In this document: positions 55,458 to 64,000 of the stretch, piece after piece
Position numbering within the stretch: the stretch's first letter is position 1
Layout: each line of letters starts with the position of its first letter
NCBI GenBank assembly: GCA_964016885.1
Contig: OZ024740.1
Coordinates: 239,816,001 to 239,880,000, forward strand
Source: Eledone cirrhosa
Lineage: Eukaryota
Direction of reading: 5' to 3'
DNA length: 64,000 bases
Program-made: the position numbers and the translations under genes
The notes under the pieces: model-generated
What the model was told of the DNA's origin: nothing
Database searches by the model: none
The model's input: the letters and a program-made list of their open reading frames with translations, nothing else

Positions 55458-55459
<2 letters not shown>

Positions 55460-55716
55460 GATATTAACAAATGGAAACTATATTATTATACATATTTCAA
55501 GGAAACCATGTTAAATTATGGTATGCTTTCATCAGACAAAATACAATATATACCAGTTTTATAAATAAATATTGACATACCCTTTCAAAATGCAACCGTT
55601 ACTTTTGGAAGACATCAGGGATAGTTTCCATTTACTCCAAATACTTGTCGAGTGCTTTATATCAGTTATAAAAATATTTGCTTGTTGTATCCCACCAGTT
55701 TAAATAGAACTTTTGC
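55458..55716 (-). mobile_element. Second copy of 23088-23405 mini-element; HHR lacks 3' strand of stem I
   Basis: Collinear match with two deletions; tcatcag at 55529-55535. Confidence 0.8.
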
Positions 55717-55757
<41 letters not shown>

Positions 55758-55929
55758 ATATATATGTGTGTGTGTGTGTGTGTCGAGTCTTAGGGTTCGC
55801 GGTAGTAACATACACTGTTTCCTGGACATTTAAGACTTGGCGGAGCCCAACCCCCCTCCGGCCGATTTCTTCCAGAGAAAAAGAGAGAATAATAGACACA
55901 AATTGAGAAAGAGATAAAGAGGAAGAATC

Positions 55930-56191
55930 AGCAGGACGGTTATGTTTTGTCGACCTCGAGAGGATGAAAGGCAAAGTTGAACTAGTTGGAAATTGAACTC
56001 AGAGAGCTGAGCTGGAACGAATACCAGAAAGCATTCTATACAATGTTCTAACGGTTCTACCCATTCATCGCCTAGCAGGTGTATATTTACTAATTGTTTC
56101 TACTTTTGGCACAAGGCCAGCAATCACCCAGTACATTACTGGTACTTTATTTTATCGACTCCATAAGGATGAAAGGCAAAGTTAAACCTCG
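55930..56191 (-). mobile_element. Two SINE pieces (55930-56072 diverged; 56092-56191 3' part)
   Basis: ggatgaaaggcaaagtt and attgtttctacttttggcacaaggccagca motifs. Confidence 0.75.
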
Positions 56192-56260
56192 ACGCGTATA
56201 TTTAATAATAATTGAAATAAATTAAAACGACAAATAATATAGGTCGATACACCCGCGGCC

Positions 56261-56391
<131 letters not shown>

Positions 56392-56576
56392 GTTATTCCG
56401 GGTTGAATCGGAGGTAACCACAGTAAGTAAGGTACTCAATACATTGCAGAGTATAAAAGTTTTAATATAGATGAGATTCATCAGGACTAGAACTGTTTCA
56501 TTCTTTAGAATAAAATAAAATAAATAAAATAAAATAACAGGAGGCTGGACTGGGGTAAATCCTTGAAAGGTTTATT

Positions 56577-56634
56577 ATACTATGATCATTTCTATGACCG
56601 GGTTCCATATGAATCCTGTGATATCATCAGGTAT
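56577..56634 (-). ncRNA. Type I hammerhead ribozyme, intact core, within a (TA)n-bounded insert (~56389-57220)
   Basis: AUAC-CUGAUGA-UAU..AUA-GAAA-UGAUCAU-A|GUAU; palindromic ATGATCAT. Confidence 0.7.
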
Positions 56635-57237
56635 TGGAATATAACAAAGGAATGTGTAAAAACCATGGGTCCGAAAAATCAGAGACAGAGACAAAGAGGA
56701 CGACTGACCAACTAGCTGCCTTCACCTCGGCCATTCGCCCTCAAAGAAATGGCAACTGAATCTGCTAATGACCATCTGGAGAGGGGGCGAAGGCTTATAA
56801 TGCACTACCACCTCTCCGTCAAAGAAAAAGGGGAAGAAAGAAAGAAAGGAAGGAAGAAAGAAGAAAAAAGGAAGAAAGAAGTCAGCGTAAGGGTCACACT
56901 ACATTCATGCTAGAAAATGCCGCGAAAAATACTACTCCAAAGAATCTATTGAAAAATAAATTATTAGAAAATTAAAGGTTAAATTAGCGACATTTATTTA
57001 ATGAACTTACGGAGAGAGTCTTATATGAAAAAATGTATCTCGATAAGATATTAGGATGGGCTATAGAGTAAAGATTTCGATTGCGAGTCCCAGCCAACAC
57101 CCCTAACCATGAGTCAGCCAGTTTCGAGTGGTATCGAAAGAAATGGAAATTAATTTTTCCGAGTACTCTAGGAACGTAGCTACCTTAGGCCCCGGGAGTG
57201 CTGGCGGGAAGTCTACAATTTATATATATATATATAA

Positions 57238-57377
57238 AGGTAATATCCGTAGTGGTAGAGCACTCAGTCCATGGGACGAGTTTGGTAGAAGTAGTAACGG
57301 ACTGACTGTCTGAGCCGAAGATCCGCATAAGGTGAAACAATTGTTCTAGGTATGGTGAACTAACTGTTGTGTTACTA

Positions 57378-57380
<3 letters not shown>
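57238..57380 (+). mobile_element. Mini-element of the 24799-25017 family with degenerate HHR (57310-57350)
   Basis: CCGAAGA-U-CC-GCAUAA-GG-U-GAAA-CAAUUGU-U; same leader atatccgtagt.gtagagcactcagtc. Confidence 0.75.
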
Positions 57381-57422
<42 letters not shown>

Positions 57423-57464
57423 TTTTAATCTTTTACTCTTTTACCTGTTGCAGCCATCCGGCTG

Positions 57465-57526
<62 letters not shown>

Positions 57527-57529
<3 letters not shown>

Positions 57530-57930
57530 TTTCTGAATTTGTTTAGCAAGATTCTTTATCTGAAAACGTGTGTTGAAACCGATATTGTTATACTTTGGGA
57601 GGGTCATGTTGCCAATAAGAAACACACGCACCAGTTGCAATCACTTCAATTTATTATAAATTAAATTTATAAATTTAGGAATTTATAAATTTCCGGTTGG
57701 TTGGTTGGTTCCACAACCAGATGATTGTTCATATATTGTCAAAGTTCTTTCGTCACACATTCTGTGACCTCTTCAGTGACTGGGGATTCTTTTCTTTGTT
57801 TTTGTCCCTCTTCTATGTTCTGTCCTACGCCATCTTGTTTTTTGTGTGTGTTGTGTGCTTAGTTTGCGATTTTTGTACATGAAAAGTTCTATAAAATGTT
57901 TTTTTCGGTAGGCGATTTACTTAAGTTAAA
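57527..57930 (-). mobile_element. Mini-element of the 43430-43871 family; HHR at 57738-57780
   Basis: 57527-57837 near-identical to 43430-43736. Confidence 0.85.
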
Positions 57931-58332
57931 TGTTTCATAATTTTTTCTTGTGAAAGTAAATTAAATTTTATGCACTCGAAAATGCTTTTAAATAGAAGTG
58001 GAAAGAAAAAAAGGAAAACAAAAAATCCATAAATAGCATTTAAATAAAACACCTATCAATGGTAGTTCACCTTGAATAATGTCACTGTTATCTATATTTT
58101 TTTCCTAACCATTTCTATTTCTATTCAAGAGCATTTTAAACTCTATAAAATTAAATATACTTCCACAATCTGACAAAATTACAAAATTCATTTCACAAAA
58201 GTAAATCTCACCACATCCTCCATATCTTTTGTACATATGTTTATGTATATAGAATATCTATAAACTGTATTTTTCTCAGTTTCAATAAAGCCCGAAAGCG
58301 AGAATTGAAGTCACAGTCAACATATCGCTTTG

Positions 58333-58393
58333 TATTTTATCTGATGAAAGCGTACCAAAGTTTTGGTACACTTGAAATATATATAATAGAATA
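58333..58393 (+). ncRNA. Type I hammerhead ribozyme, apparently intact
   Basis: UAUUUUAU-CUGAUGA-AAG-C-GUACCAAA-GU-UUUGGUAC-A-CUU-GAAA-UAUAUAU-A|AUAGAAUA; 8-bp stem I. Confidence 0.8.
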
Positions 58394-58458
58394 AATATGG
58401 TCTTATAAATATAGTTTCCATTTATTTAATGTCATTATGTATATATATATATATATAT

Positions 58459-59135
58459 AAATTTAGCGAGAATCGCATTTCGGCGGGTAGAAATTGGCGA
58501 AACGCAACTTCTGTATTGTGCAGACAACCGCTCCATGGATATGAAGATACCAGAGCTATAAACATAAGTTAAAATGGTCATACAAACTGAGACGATGGTT
58601 AAGAAGCCATTAACCACCTTAGTCAAAAAAGCGAACAAGCTAAACGGGTCAAACAAAATAAGATATGATTGAAATAGTGACCCGGACCCTCGGGGAAGAT
58701 GGAATACTCCGATATTTGGGTTTCTGCAACACCTAAATCAATAATACTGTCTGCTTATCAAAAATAAGCTTTTGGTATAATGATCGAACAAGGCATCGCT
58801 TTCTCAACAGGCATTTTGCTCTTCGTGCGCCAGAATCTCACAGGTTATGAAAACACATGTGAGGTTCTAAGGGGAGGAAACCCCTATTTTGGCCAGTCAA
58901 TTCAGCATGTGTATTTATTGCAAAAGTTTGCAAAAACAACACAAAACGAATTTAGCTCTCGACCGAGTTGTTTTTAAAATAAACTTAAGCGATTAATCAG
59001 TCAATAGAGTTAACTAAAAAGCCAAAGAAAATTAACTGGTTAATCGCTTGACTTGGGAGATTAATACAAATATAAATTTAGCGAGAATCGCATTTCGGCG
59101 GGTAGAAATTTGCGAAACGCAACTTCTGTATTGTG
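58459..59135. repeat. Insert bounded by 62-bp direct repeats, in (TA)n
   Basis: 58459-58520 equals 59074-59135 with one mismatch. Confidence 0.8.
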
Positions 59136-59146
59136 TATATATATAT

Positions 59147-59575
59147 ACTAGCAGAGGTACCCGGCGTTGCTCGGGTATTAAATAGCAGTTATGTATACCA
59201 TTTATGTCAATACTTCAGTGCTGCTTCGAAAACTATACTTTTATAAAATCATCGGCTTTTTCCAAAAGGGGGTTCCTGCCCCCAGGGGTCCCCTACTCAA
59301 TATGTGCCTATTCTGAGGGTTCACATTCATCTGTAGGACAAACGTAGCCCATGTGTCAAGTTTTGTGAAAATCGGTTGCGAACTCCAGAAGTTATGATGT
59401 TTTGTTGCATTGCACTGCAAGTGCTTCAGTCGACTCCAAGGAAGTGGTTAAAGGGTCTTATCTGCCGGGAGGCCCTATAATCAATATCTGTAAAAATGAA
59501 AGTGCCCATGACCATCCGGAGTACATAAGAAACCTATGTCTTAAGTTTGGTGAAAATACTGTAGAAATACATAAG
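59147..59575 (+). mobile_element. Helitron/Helentron-like non-autonomous fragment
   Basis: Begins tactagcaga-ggtacccggcgttgctcgggta hairpin; aagttttgtgaaaatcgg / aagtttggtgaaaat motifs; family assignment from memory. Confidence 0.45.
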
Positions 59576-59599
59576 CTTTATACACGCGCGCGCGCGCTC

Positions 59600-59632
<33 letters not shown>

Positions 59633-60262
59633 TGTGTGTGGGGGGGGGGGTTATGTATTTGTGTGTGCGTATGTATGTGTATGTCCGTCGGGCATACGTA
59701 TTTACTGGCCTAAATCTTCACTATTTACTTTTACTATTTTAATGACCTCTGTCATTTTCGTTTTCAATTTTATTTACATCATTCTTAAACTCCGGAGCTG
59801 GAAATCATTCTGTTATGTTAAATAGAATATTAGTCTAACGACTCCATTTATACCATAAACTTGGTCTTGTCTTTGCATGAAATTGTTCTTCTCCCTCCAC
59901 ATAACGACGTATTATCCTCGCTTTTTTCCGTTCATTGCCAGGGAAGGTCTTCACCAAAATATCGTCTTCCTGTTTTCCTTCGGTTGCAACGTTTCTCGAA
60001 ATATTTACTTCTGCGTTCACAGATTACTCTCAGTTCAATTTGAATGGGAAATTCCTGTTTCATCGATTTTCTCCGTAACCATGGAAGCTTGTACCCTAAA
60101 AGTCGACCCAACGCCTCCTCGGGTCATTCTGCATAACTGTGTAAATTTTCGCTGCATTCCACCAAGCCCTTTCGATGTTTATCCGACTACACTTACTTAC
60201 TTACTTAAATATACAACGTCCGACCACTCCTAATTTATATAGTAGATATAATAATAATAATA

Positions 60263-60381
60263 ATTGTTTCTACGTGTTGGCACAAGGCCAGAAATTACCC
60301 CAGTGCATTACTGGTACTTTAATTTATAGACCCCGTAAGGATGAAAGTCAAAGTTAACCTCGATGTGATTTGAACTCAGAC
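60263..60381 (-). mobile_element. SINE 3' part
   Basis: Reverse complement of family 3' half. Confidence 0.8.
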
Positions 60382-60883
60382 CGTGTGTGTTTATCTAAAA
60401 ACAACAGATGCCGGACTCGGAATATTCTTTTAATGTTGCAAAAACATAGTACACATTCTTATGACCTAGTTACATCATCAGATCATGACGTAAGATTTTG
60501 GTGACATCATCAGGTGTGGAGATAACAGGATTATGGCAAACACAACGAGAGAATAGAGATAGTCTTATACATACACACACACACAAATTTTCAATTCTAG
60601 CTGGACCGGCAACCACTCTGTATAATCAGTTCCTGATTATTACTGGAATACTATAAGAAACCAACATTCATAATTTTCAGCAGGCAGGAGGAGTTCTAGG
60701 CTTTGATAAGTACCTCAGCTTATCTCCCCTTGTTTGCTGAAAATAGAAGTAAGTGACATTGTCACTACTTTAAAACAATAGCGTAAGGACATCAAAATGC
60801 TTTTAATTAAGCATACAGTGTATTGCAAAATACACTATACATATACATTCATATATATATATATCGCTATTTCAGAGCACCAA

Positions 60884-60980
<97 letters not shown>

Positions 60981-61025
60981 ATAGAGAGAGAGAGAAAGAC
61001 AGAGAGAGAAATATATAAGAGATAA

Positions 61026-62576
61026 CTTTCTTTTTATTTGCCACCAGGGCGTCAAAGAGTGGGACAAGTACAATGGGAGAGTTTACATAAAAAGGCGTCC
61101 TCAATAAGGAGGAGGCAATAACAAAATATAAAAATATAAAATATAAAATATAACAAAAATAAATTGAATAACAAAATCCTCAATAGGGAGGAGGCGCCTT
61201 GGGGGGTCGCACACACCCCCGAAAAAGTGTGCAACCCTTCTCCTCAGGAGCATATGGAGAGGGTGCTCCCTTGATCTTTCATCTTTCTCACCTACAGTCT
61301 GATGTAGAGTGAAGGCCCATTCACACGGGCCATTCTCGCCACTTTCACCCATCTTTCATAGAAACGGCTGGGGTGCAGCTCCGCTCTCTCCATCCTGAGC
61401 CTTCTTCCGAAATGATATCGGCAGAAACCGACCAGTTGTTGGCCAGAGAGAAAGGTGTCTGACCTCAGTCTTTTAAGACGCGTCCACCATACAACCTCTT
61501 TCACCATGGCTATTACGCACAGAAACACCGCCTCTCCTTCGTTTTTGAAGAGGGAGGCGGCTTGATCGTTACAATAGACTCGGTGGTCAACCGGATCGGT
61601 CCCACTCGTAACAGCAGTCGTTCGACATAGCCCCACAGATCGGAAATGCCCGAGCAGTGTACCAATGCGTGTGCAACGGTTTCCTCGTCGCACACGTATC
61701 TGGGGCAGATCTTTTTCGAGGGGTCCCTACCCGGGCGCCCGTGTCTGTAGAGCCTTTCTCGAACGTGCAGAGACCCTCGATAGCACTGCCAGGCCAGGTA
61801 CCTCTGGTAGTTATTCATAGGTCCCGGGTTGAATGTCCTACTAAACAGGTTGGCCAGTTCGTTTTCCTCCATGCCTAGGGCTTCTCCGAGGGCGTCGTCG
61901 CACCTGCTAACCATCTCTATAGTTTGACGAGGTGGATTCTCCACTGACAGCCGGGTCCGCCTGCCAGAGAGCCGTGAGCGCCTGGGCACACTCGGTGTGC
62001 CAGGCGCCCAGTTTTCTCGGTCTTTGCTTGACCCAGGATTGGAGCTCGGTGAGCGAGACGAGTCGGGGAAAGGCTCGCCTCACAAACGGGGCCCACACCG
62101 GTTGACCGGTGAGGAATACCTGGAGGTGCCGTAGCTTTAATGCGTGTTTACGCATCATCAGCCATGGCATCCGCAGCCCTCCTTTCGAAGGGTGTTGGCA
62201 GCAGATGGATCTCCTCACCATAGGAGCCCGCTTCTTCCAAAGGAATTGGAAGAGTGCGCGCTCAATTTTGGCAAGCGTTTCCCTTGGGCAAGGCACGACG
62301 GTCAGGCGGTAGTAGATGACGGACGCTATAGAAGTGTTCGCCACCTCCGCCCGACCTTTCATGGACAGTTTACACTCGGCCCACTTCTGGGTCAGTGCAA
62401 ACACCCTGTTCGTTACATCACCCCAGATCTTCTCCACCTGGAGGTCTGGTCCGAACCAGACCCCGAGCAACTTCACCGGGCCCTCTGTCCAGCGACCGAC
62501 GACGCCATCGGAGGGCATCGATTTGCCCCTCCACGTGCCGAGTTGCAAACCGATCGACTTGTCCCGGTTCAGCTTA
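61026..62576 (-). mobile_element. Tx1/L1-clade copy D, 5'-truncated after RT core
   Basis: Minus ORFs 61907..62587, 61513..61989, 61292..61693 homologous to copies A-C. Confidence 0.92.
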
Positions 62577-62718
62577 AACAAAAACAATACATCATAAAGA
62601 TATAGAGTCCCTGCGAGGTCTGCCGACTTATCAAGAGGATAGTAAAATGAGGTATCCTCTTGATAAGTCGGCAGACCTCGCAGGGACTCTATATCTTTAT
62701 GATGTATTGTTTTTGTTT
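62577..62718. repeat. Perfect ~64-bp inverted repeat abutting the Tx1 copy D truncation point
   Basis: 62577-62640 is the reverse complement of 62654-62717. Confidence 0.9.
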
Positions 62719-62744
62719 ATGCCACGAAACTACGTAGTCGAGGA
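62655..62744 (+). ncRNA. Type I hammerhead ribozyme with U3-A8 core variant
   Basis: UCCUC-UUGAUAA-GU(C)GGCA..UGCC-AC-GAAA-CUACGUAGU-C|GAGGA. Confidence 0.72.
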
Positions 62745-62975
62745 ATCTAGGAGCACTTTAGGTATGATACATTTTATTACTAATTATATCTAAATGTTTC
62801 TTCTCTCTTCATAATGTATTTTTAACTCTGATACTGGTTCAGTCTGGTTCAACCGGATTGGTCTGTCCCAGTCATTCATTGAGCAACATCGGTGAGGTTG
62901 GCACCCTTAACTCACGGTTGGGTGTGGATGCATTCATGTATATGTGTGTGTCCGCATGTATCTGTGTGTTTCTAA

Positions 62976-63059
<84 letters not shown>

Positions 63060-63454
63060 TACATATCGGTGTGTGTATGTGTGTGTGTATAAGGCAAGAA
63101 ATGTAAATATAGGAAACTATGTGAAATGATATACAACAAAACTACCACCATGAATATACTATATCTCCTAGTATTAGAGTACAACTATTTCTAAGCTACA
63201 ATCATAATAACAGTATAACCATCTCTACCGCCATTACTACACTGTAACCATTACAACCCCACGAACATCTCTACACTACATCCAACACTACATCACAACA
63301 CTACACTTCTTTTACCCGAAACTCCTGATGGCGCCGTAGTGACATATAGCGTTTCTTGGGTATATTGCAAGCCTGATGGAGCCCATCTTCTCCAGAGAAG
63401 GAGAGAGAGAGGGTGTCAATAATGGAATAGGAAATAGACATAGAATAAGAATCG

Positions 63455-63593
63455 ACTCCAGTACTGGACTGCTACGCTTTTATTGACCGCCAAAAGATGA
63501 GAGGTGAAGTTAACTTCAACGAGATTTGGACTCAGAGCGCTGAGAATACAAAGCATTATATCTGTCTTTCTAGCGACTCTACCAATTAACCGC
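63455..63593 (-). mobile_element. SINE, diverged
   Basis: ccagtactgg..ttttattgacc..aaagatgagaggtgaagttaac..ttggactcag. Confidence 0.6.
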
Positions 63594-64000
63594 TATGTAC
63601 CACTACACTAAAATTTCTAGTACACAGCAGCCACTAATATAGCTACGAATTTTGTTAAACATTCTATAGTAATAGAGACATCCTTTATAGTCTGTATTCA
63701 AGACTACAGTCGTTTCCATTTCCTTGTATCATTAAAGCCTAAGTTGTTCTGTAAATATAAACTAATGTTCAAATCTGAAGTGACGTAGTTCAGATTCGAG
63801 TGTAACCCTAAATATAACCTTTGAAATAACATGATCGAATATCTTTAAGAGAATGAAATGAACTCGTTATTTTCCAGCAGACGATTTTCTCGGTAGGGTT
63901 CTATCAATTTGAAAATATATTCAGCTTGAAAAACAATTACATAAAATTCATTAAAGTGATCATAAGAAAACGACAGGAAAATCAATAACATGATACTAAG

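Noticed and set aside
60465-60520. Two CTGATGA motifs on the minus strand
   Set aside because: GAAA is GTAA and no stem I found; at best a decayed HHR

Overview
Repeat-dominated, AT-rich eukaryotic (animal) non-genic DNA; no host gene could be supported. The recurring ~190-bp SINE resembles, from memory, repeats of octopod cephalopods (inference). Contents: four Tx1/L1-clade non-LTR copies (two head-to-tail at 1-9250 with near-identical ORF2 but strongly diverged ORF1), a near full-length Dong/R4-like RLE element plus two relatives in (CATA)n tracts, CRE- and RTE-like fragments, an internally deleted mariner, a 5'-inverted Penelope-like element (PLE; RT thumb + GIY-YIG), about a dozen SINE copies, a 1.6-kb GTA/GTG minisatellite and many microsatellites. 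The most interesting signal is non-coding. The short inserts in the (TA)n tracts carry type I hammerhead ribozyme (HHR) folds of at least six sequence families: several with intact cores and palindromic stem III, some as inverted pairs, one with a U3-A8 core. Many of these inserts are fold-back palindromes. All folds and alignments were read by eye and need computational confirmation.
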